Shown here piece by piece: positions 12,740 to 24,149 of a stretch of 64,000 bases of DNA. Under the pieces are notes generated by a model. It saw only the letters and a program-made list of their open reading frames with translations, ran no database searches and was not told where the DNA came from. The stretch comes from Camelus dromedarius. Its lineage: Eukaryota. The stretch is from the NCBI RefSeq assembly GCF_036321535.1, contig NC_087437.1, forward strand, positions 122,576,001 through 122,640,000, in the 5' to 3' direction. Both the position numbers and the translations under genes were made by a program. Position 1 is the first letter of the stretch, and each line of letters starts with the position of its first letter.

Positions 12740-12960
12740 TCTCGGGCCGGAAGGAGGGAGCGTCCCAACAGGACCCGTGGACATAGCCTGGTCTCTTCTG
12801 AGCTTGTCTCAGAGGTCGTGCCGGATCCCTTGTGCCATTTTCCACTCCAGGTGCAAGGCCAGCCCAGAACCAAGGGGCGAGATCAGATGTCCCCTCCTGG
12901 TGGGGGGCTGGCAAGGCTACAGTGGGGAAGAGCGTGTGGGAAAAGCGGCATTGCTGAGGC
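12740..12960. mobile_element. MLT1 (MaLR) LTR fragment
   Basis: GCCAGCCCAGAACCAAGGGG..AGAT..CCCCTCCTGGTGGG..GGCAAGG..GAAGAGCGTGTGGGA resembles old MLT1 LTRs. Confidence 0.5.
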
Positions 12961-13449
12961 CAGCCCTCTGGCCAAACTGCAAGTACCAGCACAGGAGACT
13001 CTCCTAGACCCACCCAGCCTCATCCCCGGGTGGTGGCTGGAATCCCAGGACCTTGTCACCTACATCAGGTTGTGTGCAGGTGAGCCTCCGTGGGCTCACA
13101 GGATTCTTCAGGGACAGCTTCTGGAGTGTGTTTCCTTCTCAGCGGGAAGACTGTGACCTAGGAGGCAAGTTACCTGAGTCTGTCCGCCCACCACACATCC
13201 AGAGTGGGGATGGGGACAGGAGGGCCACAATGAGACATTCTCCTCTGGAGGGGCAGTGGGAGGCTCAGAGTAGCGTGTCCCACCCAGCACACGCCACTGT
13301 CCCTCACGAGGGCCTGGCAGTGCCTGGGAAGGATTCTCCGTGGACTTTGCCCCCATAATCTTCATTCCACGCTATGACTCAGTCTTCCTTTTCTGTAAAA
13401 AGTAGCCTGTGTGTGTCGCCTACTGCCTGCCTGTCAGATCTCGGGGTCC

Positions 13450-14260
13450 AAGTGCCTCTTTCCATTGTGTCATGTCACTGGTTCTTCTGGGCCATGCTGG
13501 TGTCAACTCTGCCAGTACAATTCTCCTAATAACTGTGTCTTTTCTATGAACTTCACTAGTGTTCACTCCATTTGACAAAGCCTACACCCGAATCCCTTTG
13601 AAACAGGCCCTTTTCTACGTGGCCCCCAGGAGACTCCCAAGACCAATGGCCTGGGCTCTGGAAGGCCAGTTGACACGAGAGCATCACATATAAGGCACAT
13701 GGGAGGCCTCTGCCCATTTGAGCAAGGCACCAGTTAGAGCCTTTCAGAGTCTTGGAGGGCTTTTCAGTCCCATCTCGTCTTACTTCTTCTCTGAGACCAC
13801 AGCCCAGCATGCTATGCATGCAGTCTCTGCCCTGAGCTCGCTCTTCCTCGAAGGCTCTTCTGCTGGGAGAGACTCGGCAGGAGAAATAGTTTCACTTTTG
13901 AGCCCAGCCAATCTTGGCTCCTTTATAGTTCTTTTAAGTTCTGCTTGAAAATTGGATAATTGCTTCTGTAGCCCCTCCCTCTCTGACCATCCCTCACGAC
14001 GTGCGGCAACAAGACACCTGCTGACTCTCGTGACACCACCCGGGTCCCCGTAATCAGCCCGTCCACACAGGCCGCCCCGCGCCGGCTCCCCATCGAGCGC
14101 CAGGCCTCCTTCCTCTGCTTCCAGCGACATGGCCTTGCTGTCCTTGCCCTTGTCCCCACACCCGAGTCCCCCCAAGTCCTCTTGGCTCCTACCTGGTCCC
14201 AAGCAGATGCGGCAGGTTTTAGGCACCTGTTTTGGCAGCACCTGCTTCAAAGCGCCGAAC
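13450..14260 (-). mobile_element. MaLR (MLT1) internal sequence relic
   Basis: The - strand reads GGTGCTGCCAAAACAGGTGCCTAAAA and encodes LVAARREGWSEREGLQKQLSNFQAELK, resembling the MLT-int start and ORF. Confidence 0.5.
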
Positions 14261-15108
14261 TCTGTCCCAGGCACCATTGCTGCCACCATCCACCAGCCAC
14301 CAGCGTAAAATCTCAACCAATTCCTTACTCTTGCAGACCAGTGGTCAGGGCACAGTAGGACAGCTGGGTTCAGCTCCATGATGTCGGGGGCCCGGCTGGG
14401 GAGACTGGAGTAGTCAGGTGGCCCAAATGATGGGAGTGGAACCACCTGGCACCCCTCTCCATCGCACGTCTGGCACTTGGTGAGAGGTGACTTGAAGGCT
14501 GGGCTCAGCTGGGACTGATGCCTGGAGCACAGTGAATGGTGTCCCCAAGTGGCTTGTGCTTTCACAGTGACTGGGCCCCGATAAGGCGGGGCCCAAGAGC
14601 AAACATTCCAGCAGAACCAGAGGAGGCTACAGGTCTTCTGTGAGCTGGCCTCAGAGGTCACTGCTGGCCTCCTGCTGCACTGACTCAGCCCACCTGGATT
14701 CAGGGAGAGGGAGCCTGATGGGAAGGGTGCCCAAGAATTTACAGCCGTTTAAAAAAGCCACCACAGTTCACCCTCTAGTCACAAATTATTTACCAATGGT
14801 AGAGAGCACACATCTTTTTAAAGACGTTGTAAAGATACCTCACTGGAGTTTTGATTTTCGTTTCCCCAAAAATTAATGGTACTGAGGAATTTTTTCATGT
14901 ACTGATTATCTTCTTTCATGAAGTGTCTGTTAAGCAATTTCTATTTATTTACTTGTCTATTGAGTTTTGGGGTTTTAGAAGTCATATATTTTGTACACAA
15001 ATCTTCCGATAGATAAATGTTTTGCAACTACTTTCTCTCAGGCTAAGTTTTGCCTGTTCTTAATTGTGTCTTTTGATGAGCAGAGCCTTCAATTCTGATG
15101 GTCCAATA

Positions 15109-15321
15109 CAGCTGCCAGCCATCTATGGACAGAGTGAGCCCTTCGCCTGGGTTTGTAAGTAAAACTTTTATTGAAACACAGCTGCACCCACCTATTTACA
15201 TGTTTTCTACAGCTGTTTTCATGTCACAACAGCAAGGCTGAGTGATTCTGACTGAGACTGCCTTTCAAAGCTTTAAACAGTTACTGTCTGGCCCGTTACA
15301 GCAAATGTTTGCTGACCACTG
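15109..15321 (+). mobile_element. MER58A (hAT-Charlie) DNA transposon
   Basis: CAG..GTTTGTAAGTAAAACTTTTATTGAAACACAGC..TTACTGTCTGGCCCGTTACAGCAAATGTTTGCTGACCACTG, with an imperfect 8-bp TSD GTCCAATA/GTCTAGTT. Confidence 0.8.
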
Positions 15322-16005
15322 GTCTAGTTTACCAATTTCTAATTTTGTTGTTAGTGCTTTTTACATCGAAGGAGTTTTTGCTGCTTCTAGCATTAAAGTT
15401 TTACATTTAGATTTATGATCTACTCCAAATAAGCTTTTGTGTTGTGTGAGGCAAGCACATGGGTTCACTGTTTCTAAACAAACATCCTGCTCTTGCAGCC
15501 CACCCTTTGAGAAAACTGTCTTCAAACTGTTGGATTGCTTGGGCAGCTTTGCTGGAGATCAATGCCTGTAAAATTGTGGATCTACTCCTGGGATCTCTGC
15601 TCCGTTGATCCCTCTGCATATCATTTTGACAATTACACATTGTCTCAGTTGCTGTATCTTTATAACGGTTCTCGAAGTCGGAGAGTACGCGTCTTACAAC
15701 ATTGCTCTTCTCTTTTAAGGCTGCTCTGCTGGTCTAGGCCTTAGCATTGCCCTGTAAATTTTGGAGTTTGTCAATTCCTGGAAGAAAAGCATATTGGGAT
15801 TATGATTGGGATTTTATTGACTGTATCCATCAATTTGTGAAGAGTTGACTTCTTAAATATATTGAGTTTCTGATATGTAAACATGGGATCTCTCTCCACT
15901 TGTTTAGATCGCAAAATTTCTCTCAGCATTTAAAAATTAGTTTCAGTATAAAAGTCTTATACACATTTTTCATGAATTTATTCTTTAGCATTTTATGTTG
16001 ATGCT

Positions 16006-16613
16006 TGTTTTGGATCAGACTCAGTCTGTAGATAGTGATGCTATCAGCTAGAAGTTCCTGGCGCCCTCATGTGGGCCGGCACTATTTGTGGCAGCCCGCA
16101 CAGACACTTCCCTGCCGGTGCCAACGTTGTGGCTGGACCAGCTCTGGTGGGTCTCATTGTGACTGCAAGACGCACCTCAGGAACAACCATCAGGGGGCTT
16201 GGAAAGGCAGGTTTTATTACTCACATGTCCTGGAAGGTACACAGAGCCCACACAGGCCCAGGGCCACACGGTCGGGCCACAGTTGTTGGTGGAGAGGGAG
16301 GGTTCGTCCTCTGAGGTTCTGCCTTTATTGGGACTGAGGGTGAGGCCTAGGGGTTCTCGGGCTCACTCTTTATTGGTGAATTTAAGACGTAAGAGTGGAA
16401 ATTAAGGAGCAGGAAGGGAAAAGAAAGCCGTCAAAGGGTCAGATATCTAGGTCAACCAGTGGGTGGGGTGGCCTGACCCTTCACCTCGTCCTGTGGCTGG
16501 TGGTGTGCTTGCTTGAGATGGATGTCTTTGAAGCAGATGCCTCAGCAGGAAAGCTTAATGTCAGGCACCTACATTATATTCAAAAGGCATATTGTTAGGT
16601 GCGGCCACGACCA
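16006..16613. mobile_element. Solo LTR inserted into L1
   Basis: TG...CA termini flanked by a direct repeat TGCT (16002-16005 and 16614-16617). The L1 continues on both sides. Confidence 0.7.
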
Positions 16614-16850
16614 TGCTATTATAAATGGTTTTTCTAAACAGTTCATTTTGCTCCTAATAAACAGAACACATTTCTCCAAGTTGACCTTGTGTCCCACAAG
16701 CTTGCTAATGCTCACTCACTGGGTCCTACTGATTGTTTTGGAGTCTCTTTAAGCGCTTTCATGCAAACGTGCTAATCATCTGGGAATACATAGAATTTAA
16801 TTTCTCCCTTTCTAATAGTTCTTCTTTGTATTTATTCATTGCTTCAGTTG

Positions 16851-17305
16851 TGTCCATGAAGAAGTTAGTCGATCTAAGAAAGAAGTGAAAAATTTTATTC
16901 AAGCCAAACTGAGGATTATATCCCGGGGACAGCCTCTCAGAAAGCTCCGAGAACTGTTACACCCGTTATAGGTCAGAGCACAGTTGTACAGGATTTTTTT
17001 CAGACAAACGGCTGTGCATTAAATGATGCAGGTCGTTTGTATAATACGGATCTGTAAGTACAAAGTGCTGGGTCATCGTGACCCCTTATGAGATCAAAAA
17101 TGTTCTCTCTTCAGGATTTGTCTCCTTGGTGCTGGGAGAACGTTGCTCTTTATTGTTGAGCAGGTGTTCCTGCTGAAGGGAAGGCTGGTCAACCAATAAC
17201 GCAGAAACATAGTGCACAGTGGGGAGAGAGGAGGTCAAAGGGCAGAGAAAACTTTCAGGTTTAAATTTTTCTTGTCTTGTCATAAAACACGAATTTTATT
17301 TTACA
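16851..17305 (-). mobile_element. Solo ERV1-type LTR about 400 bp upstream of the PRMT2 CpG island
   Basis: TGT...ACA termini, near-TSD GTTG/CTTG, and a - strand AATAAA near 16894. It interrupts L1 sequence. Confidence 0.65.
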
Positions 17306-17679
17306 CTTGCCTCCTTGTGCTGGCCAGGATTTCTCATACAACGTTAAACAGAAGTGGTCAAAGTGGGTATGTCGCCCTCACGTCCTCTCCTCCAGCCCCT
17401 GGCGCCCACCACCCTCCTTTCCCCAAGGTTTGACTCCCTCCTACCCTTCCCACTCCAGCTCCCTACAACCTTCGGAGACCACGCACAGCAGGGAGCACTA
17501 ACACTATTCCACTTTCCTTTAAATCCCAGACTTCCTCTGTAAAATAAAAACTCCATCCCTCTGCTTCCACTTGTCAAGTGGAAAGAATGACATAGGGACT
17601 ACACAGTGTGGATGGGAAGGTTAATTAAATTACTACAAGAAAATCACGAGAAATTGGGTCCTGCTCGGGAGAACAGCCA

Positions 17680-18620
17680 TTCCGTCCCCAGGGTGGGTTT
17701 GTGGTCCCCAGAGCAGGACGGCTCCCGGGCTTCGCCCCTCCCGTCGACCCCGTCCCTCCACCAGGGCGGAGCCGGAACCTAGGAGCTCGCCGCCGCCGCT
17801 GCCGGCTCCCACGAGGTGTGCCTGCCCGCGGTGCGCTCGGACCACATCAGGACCACCTCGCAGACGGACCGAGCAGAGTACGCCTGCGCAGCCGAGGGCG
17901 GGGGCTTCCCTCTCCAGACTTTGGGGCGTGTATAGCGGCGCATGCGCGGAGCTGGTTCCAAGGCGGGGTCTTTAACGCGGACAAGGGGCGCACAGCGCGC
18001 GTGCGCGGGCCGAGGGCGGTGGCTCGGGCTCTTGGTGGGTGCTGTTTCCCCCTTCGCACCAGCGGTGTGGACGAGAACCCAGCGGAGAAACGTGACTGAG
18101 GTAGGTTTCCGTGGGCAGCTCGGACATCTAGACGTGCCAAGTGAGAGGTGTTCGCCCGGCGTGTGCATCAGTAGGCGGACCCAGGCCGCCGCCCCTTCCG
18201 AACCCTACCGGCGCCTTCCGGCCTCTGTGCGGTCCGGGAGCTCGGCGCCCCGCCCCGACCAGGGCCGCGCCCTTCCCCAGCCACGCCCGCGGCGCGGCTC
18301 CCACCGCCCCCGCCACGCCCACAGGCCCCGCCCCTCCTGAGCCCCGCCCATTTCCCGTCTCCGCGCGTCCTTGGCGTCGGGCCCTCTGGCCTCCGCCCCG
18401 AGCGTGTATCACACTCCGTTTCCTCCTTGCCCCTTCTACTCGGGCATCACGCGCCGCATCGCCCTTCATCCTCCCTTCCTTCGTTTCTCCCCGAACCCGC
18501 CCGGCTAGCCACCGGCCCTTCTAAATCCTGGGTCCTCTCCCCGCTCCCTGTCCCATTCCCACCCGTCAGCCGAGCTCCGCCCCGTCCGGGCCCCACCGCT
18601 CTGTCCCTGGCTCACCCACT
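17680..18620 (+). promoter_or_regulatory. PRMT2: PRMT2 CpG-island promoter with NRF1-like motifs and candidate non-coding first exons
   Basis: Very CpG-dense. GCGCATGCGC at 17938-17947 with similar motifs near 17881 and 17997. Candidate donors GAG|GTGTGC (17816) and GAG|GTAGGT (18101). Confidence 0.8.
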
Positions 18621-19715
18621 GGTCGAGTCCCATCTTTGCTTCAATGCAGTATTTTCCAGTGAAAATGCAATGTATATGTATTAGTATTTGCAATTAAACG
18701 TCACAAAACAAGTACTAGGTCTTCATTGATAAGTGAAGCATGTATTTAAATAACTACTGTGTAACTGAGAAAACACATTCATCTTAGAGCATAGTAGGAA
18801 TTACACTGTCACTGGAAAAATGAGAATGAGAATGAGAAGAAAAGCCTCTGAAAGAGGCAGACCTTGGTTCCTGTTAGTGGAAGCACCATAAAGCCCCAGG
18901 TAGGAAATTTTAATTGGAGTTAAAGCTGTTATGGTTCCAAGGAAAGAATTGGCATCAATTTATTAAATTGATTTTAAAAAATCAACCCAGTGATCTAACA
19001 GAAAGTGACAGGCTTTGCCAGTGAGTATGATTAACACTTTGCAGACTAGTTACGAAAATATATACTGTTTGGAGTTCATCAGTTTTAAATGCTTTCAACT
19101 GTTTTTTTTCCCCCCAACAAAAAGTCTCAAACATTTATTACTGAGCCAAAGCACTAGTGCAGAAACACTGACAGAGAAAAATCATTTTCCCAGTTAAACA
19201 CACCCAGCCATTCAGACAGTAGTGGTGTTTTCAGAGTGATTTGGGAAGATGCACGTGACCTTGACACAGCATAAACTTGGGTGCCACCTCATGTGTGAGG
19301 CTCATTATAGACCCCACTTGGTTCTTCTCCAGTGTCTTCTCTTGGAGTTGTACCTGATTTTACTTCTGGTTTTCATTTGGACCCATTGGGGAGTGGGACG
19401 ATTCTGCTTTTGTTTCTTGACCAGGAATCTCCTGGTCCTGAAAGTCTTAAGAGGAGACATGGCCAGGAGCAAATTCAGCCGCACGTCTTCGGTTGGTTGT
19501 GTAAAGAACTGCGTTTATAAATTTCATTTCTGTTCGTTCTTTACATGTTTTACTTCCATTTGGCAGAGGACCTTTCCCATGGACCTTAGAAGTTATGTGA
19601 ACTTAGTTATCATGCAATGTAACAAGCATTTTCTCATTTTCCCTCTTTTAAAAGCAGAAATGGAGAGGGAAATGGAAGGTTAAAGCAGCAGCTATGCGCA
19701 GATCCCAGGGGAAGG

Positions 19716-19754
19716 ATGGCAACACCAGGTGACTGCCCCGGAAGTGAGCTGCAG
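19716..19754 (+). CDS. PRMT2: PRMT2 coding exon 1
   Basis: MATPGDCPGSELQ (human MATSGDCPRSESQ as recalled). Kozak context aggATGG; donor CAG|gtaatt; exon acceptor at ~19654/19657. Confidence 0.93.
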
Positions 19755-20399
19755 GTAATTTTGGTTCTGCTGTGTAAGGACTTGTATTTAAAGACCCGAC
19801 CATTTCAGAGAGCTGAACTTAGCCCAGGGTGATGGTGCTTTACTTGGACCTTGGAAGGTGGCCACCAATGAGGGAATGCTTAACTAGAGGAAATGCACTG
19901 TTTGTAAGGTCACAAGTGACACTGTGATTTGGGCGTTGTAAACACCTCCCAGGATTCTGGAGTTCCATGTTTGGTACTTGAGCTGGTGAAGAAAGCATAT
20001 TTTTTTAGTTGTTTAAAAATGTCCCAGACATAATATGTTATGGACAGCTTGGACACATTAGAAAATATTTATGTATTCATACTGCTTTTCTGCCAGGGAC
20101 ACATATAATTTCATTTAAGTTAACAGTAAAAAAAAAGTCACCTTAAATTTCAAGGAGTGTTGATTATATAAAATTAAAAAGCAAGTGAATAATAAATAAT
20201 GTTTTTTTAAAAATCAAACATTTTTGTGTCTGTGATATCAATTTTAACATTTTTTTCTTTTCATTCTAATGATTATTCTAAATTCATTTGAGTTTTTATA
20301 TATAGAAATTTTGTTTGTAGTTGGGTCATTTTATTAATCTTTTTAAAAATTAATCATTAAAAGTTTTGATTTTATGGATGGTTCATTTTTATTTTGGGA

Positions 20400-23300
20400 A
20401 AGTAAAAAATATAGGAACATTTACAGAATAATATTGTAAACATCAAGTATGTATTACACAGAAGTGAAAACTTGTTAACATTTTGTCATATTTGCTTCAG
20501 AGTGTCTGCATGTGTGTGTGTATATGTATGTATATGAATAACCGAACCGTGAGTAAAGTTTGTTCCCCACCCGTTCCTAGTCTTCCTCTGTCTCCACAGG
20601 CAAACTCTGCGGTGAACTGTGACACTAGAATGACAGTATGCTTCCTAGAATTTACCTAAGTGGTGGCACGGAGTGTGTGTCCTCTGTAGCCGGCCTTTTC
20701 CACCGACGTTAGTTTTGAGGGATTTGTCCTTAATGTATGTGTAGAGCTGGCTCAGTCCTGAAGGATGGTCCTGTAGCATAGTCTTTATGTGAATGTATCC
20801 CATTCACAGAAGGTATGTAGGTCGGTTCAGTCTTACTGCTAGGCAGTGGATGTGTACCACATTTCATCTCTCTCCCTTTTGTGGGACACTTCCATTGTTT
20901 CTGGTTTTCCTTTGTTTCAGACAGTGCTGTCCTGCTGTGTGTCTCCTTGCGCACGTGTGCTCCAGGGTGTCTGCCAGTAATGCCACTGTGGGCTGGAAGG
21001 CATTACGTATTTTCAGTTTTACTCGGTAATGATCACTTGTTCTCCTAGGTGGCTTTCCCAGGAGCCCCGAGTACTTCCTAACCCTTGAGAGCATCAGGCT
21101 TTTTGATTTCGGTTGGTCTGATGGGTTAGAAATGGTGTCTTGTCATTTTAGTTTTCCTGATTACTTACAAGTCACGGTAGTGTTGTTCATCCTGGCAGTG
21201 GCACCCTCTGCTGCAGAAGAGATGCCTGACGGTCACAATTTGTGTTTTATCTTTTGGGTTGTTACCAATTTTGTGTTTTAAAAGAAACCTTTGTTTTACT
21301 TTCTCTTTGTTCCTCTGTTTTCTGTTTCATTGATTTCTGCTTTTATTTCCTTTATTCTATTCTATTTGGGTTTAATTTTCTCTTTTCATAGCATCTTGAG
21401 ATGGAAGCTTGGGTCACTGATTTTAAACCTTTCTTTTCCAATGTGTGTCTTTAAAGCTGTAACTTTCCTTCTAATCACCATTTAGCTGCACCTCAGACAT
21501 TTGAATTCACTGTATTTTTATTAGTGTTGAGGTAAAGTACTTTCTAATATATCACGATGGAAATTAGAAATTTTCTGGGCTATTCAGAAGTGTGTTGCTT
21601 GATTTCCAAACATTTGGGACATTTTATATTTTTGTTACTTAATTTTGGTTTGATCATGTTTGGTCAAAAAATATACCATTTCAGTCTTTGGAAATGTATT
21701 CAGGCCTGCTTTTCTGCCTGGTTGGCGGGCTGTTTGGTGGATGTTCCATGTGCACTTGGGAGACTATGTCTTCTGCAGTTGTTGGGTTTAGTGTTCAACG
21801 TCATTATGGTCAGATGGGTTATTGGTACTGCTCAGATCTCTATATCCTGTATGATGTTTTGTCCATTTGGTCTGTCAATTACTGAGAGGTCTGAGCTTCA
21901 GAAATCTCTATGGTGATTGTGGATTTGTCTATTTTTTTTGCTTATTTCCTTTTGGATTTATCACTTTTTGCTTCATGATATTTTGAATCTCTATTATTTG
22001 GTGCATATAATTAGAATAGTTTCTGTTTTCTAGATTAATTGACCCTTTCATTTTTATGAAATCTCTCTTTTTACTGATTAATACTTCATGCTTTGTCTAT
22101 ATTAATATGGCTGTACCAGCTTTCTTTTTTTATTTTTTATTTTTACTTTTTGTACAGTTTTTAAACGTTTTACTCCATTTGCATTGACTGTATCCCCATG
22201 TTGTACGATACATGCCTGTAGCCTGCCTTACACCCAGCACTTTGTGCCTCCCCCTCCTCAGCCCCTGTACTGTCCCTGTCCCTGCACTGGTAACCACTAG
22301 TTCCTTTATATCTGTGAGCCTGCTTGTTTTCTGTTATATTCATTATTATTATTATTTTTTTAAGACTCCACATGTAAGTGATATCATACAGTGTTTGTCT
22401 TTCTCTGACTTATTTCACTTAGTATAATGCTCTCCAAGTCCACCCATGTTGCTGCAAATGGCAAAATTTCCATTCTTTTTTATGGCTGGGTAGTATTCCA
22501 TTGTGTTTGTACCACATCTTCTGTGTCCATTCATCTGTTGATGGACAATTAGATTGTTTCTATATTTTGGCAATTGTAAATATTGTTGCTATGAACATTG
22601 GAGTGCATCTATCTTTTTGAATTAGTGTTTTTGTTTTTTTCAGATATACACCCAGGAGTAGAATTGCTAGGTCATATGGTGGTTCTATTTTTAGTGTTTT
22701 GAGAAACTTCCATACTGTTTTCCACAGTGATTGCACCATTTACATTTCCACCAACAGTGCATAGTGGTTCCCTTTCCTCCACATCCTCGCCAGCATTTGT
22801 TGTTTGTATTCTTTTTGATCATGGCCATTCTAACAGGTATGAGGTGATATCTTATTGTGGTTTTGATCTGTATTTCCCTGATAATTAGCAGTGTTGAGCA
22901 TCTTTTCATGTGCCTGTTGGCCATCTGCATTTCCTTTTTGGAAAAATGTCTATTCAGGTCTTCTGTCCATTTTTTAATTGGGTTGTTTGCTTGTTTGATG
23001 TTAAGTTGTATGGGCTGTTTATATATGTTGGATAGTAATTTCCTTATCATGTTCCAGTTTTCTTGTGGTTAATGTTTCATGGTGCACATACACATATACC
23101 TATATTCTCAACTTATCTAACTCCTCATATCTAAAGTCTTCCTCTTGTAAAGAGCCCATGGTTGTTTCTTTTTTTTCCCGTCAGGTAATTTTTGCCCTTA
23201 AATTGGAGTATTCAGTCCATTAACATTGACACAATGAGTCTAACATCCTGCTGTTTGTTTCTGTTTGTCACATTTCTTCTTTGTCCCTTTCTCCATTCTT

Positions 23301-23500
23301 GCCTTCTTTTAGATTTATAAAATATCTTCTATAATTCTATATTATCTCCTCTATTGGCTTTGTAGCTGTACCTTTTTATATTATTCTAGTGGTTACCCAG
23401 GAAATCGTGATACGCATCCTTAACCTATTCCAGTTTTTTTTTTTTTTGACAACTTCACAGTGTAACTATCCTCTAAATTAATTCCATTTGCCAGCCCCAT
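20400..23500 (-). mobile_element. Old L1M fragments in PRMT2 intron
   Basis: Antisense L1 endonuclease-region motifs such as TAAAGCTGTAACTTTCCTTCTAATCACC and CTATTATTTGGTGCATATA. Confidence 0.65.
22126..23049 (-). mobile_element. 5'-truncated L1 (ORF2 C-terminus, 3'UTR, A-rich tail) nested in older L1
   Basis: ORF 22691-23050 encodes [36 protein letters not shown]-rich tail at 22126. TSD TGTACCAGCTTTCT (22112-22125) / TGTTCCAGTTTTCT (23050-23063). Confidence 0.9.
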
Positions 23501-23629
23501 ATTTTTACTGCACATATTTTTAAATTTACATATATGTACTGTTCATTGTGTCTAAGAACGTTTAGAGCTTTAGCTTTTTAAGCTTACATAGTTATCAAAG
23601 GAATAAAGCCAACCACAAAATAAGAATTC

Positions 23630-24146
23630 ATTCGGAAAGATACATATACCCTGCTACTAAGAGCAAGATTATTTATAATTACCAAGATATGGCAGCATCC
23701 TAAGTGCACATCAATAGTTGAATAGAGAATGAAGATGCAGCACATGTGTATGTAATGGAATACAATTCACCCATAAGAAAGAAGGATACTTTGCCATTTG
23801 CGGCCCTTCATTCATTCACTTTTTCTTTTTCACTTCAAAAACCAGAATTTTATAACTGGCAGAGACGTTTCCGTTACATCAAAAACAACAGAATACCTAG
23901 AAATAAACCCAGCCAAGGAGGTTACCTATGCTCCAAAAACCAAAATGACACAAAGAAATGGAAAGCTTTCTTGTGCTCTTGGATTGGAAGAATCAACACT
24001 ATCAAAATGGCCACACTGCCCAAAGCAATCCAGACCCAACGCAACCCCCACCAAAATACTCAACGACACTCCTCACAGAACTAGAACAAACAATTCCAGA
24101 ATTTATAAGGAACCACAAAAGACCCCCAACAGCGAAAGCAATCTTA
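23630..24146 (+). mobile_element. Rearranged L1 ORF2 fragments
   Basis: An ORF2 C-terminal piece (MEYNSPIRKKD.LPFA) is followed by a more N-terminal piece (KWKAFLCSWIGRINTIKMATLPKAI..TELEQTI..F). Confidence 0.8.
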
Positions 24147-24149
24147 TGT

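Larger units (their letters stand above)
14870..17365 (-). mobile_element. Old L1 ORF2 fragments, interrupted by MER58A and two LTRs
   Basis: T-rich antisense L1 motifs such as TTGGGATTATGATTGGGATTTTATTGACTGTA and GAACTTTT/ATTTCTCTCAGCA. The L1 sequence resumes across each insertion. Confidence 0.7.

Noticed and set aside
17701..18684. Several 100-130 aa ORFs in the PRMT2 CpG island
   Set aside because: Same GC-content artefact; no protein family features.
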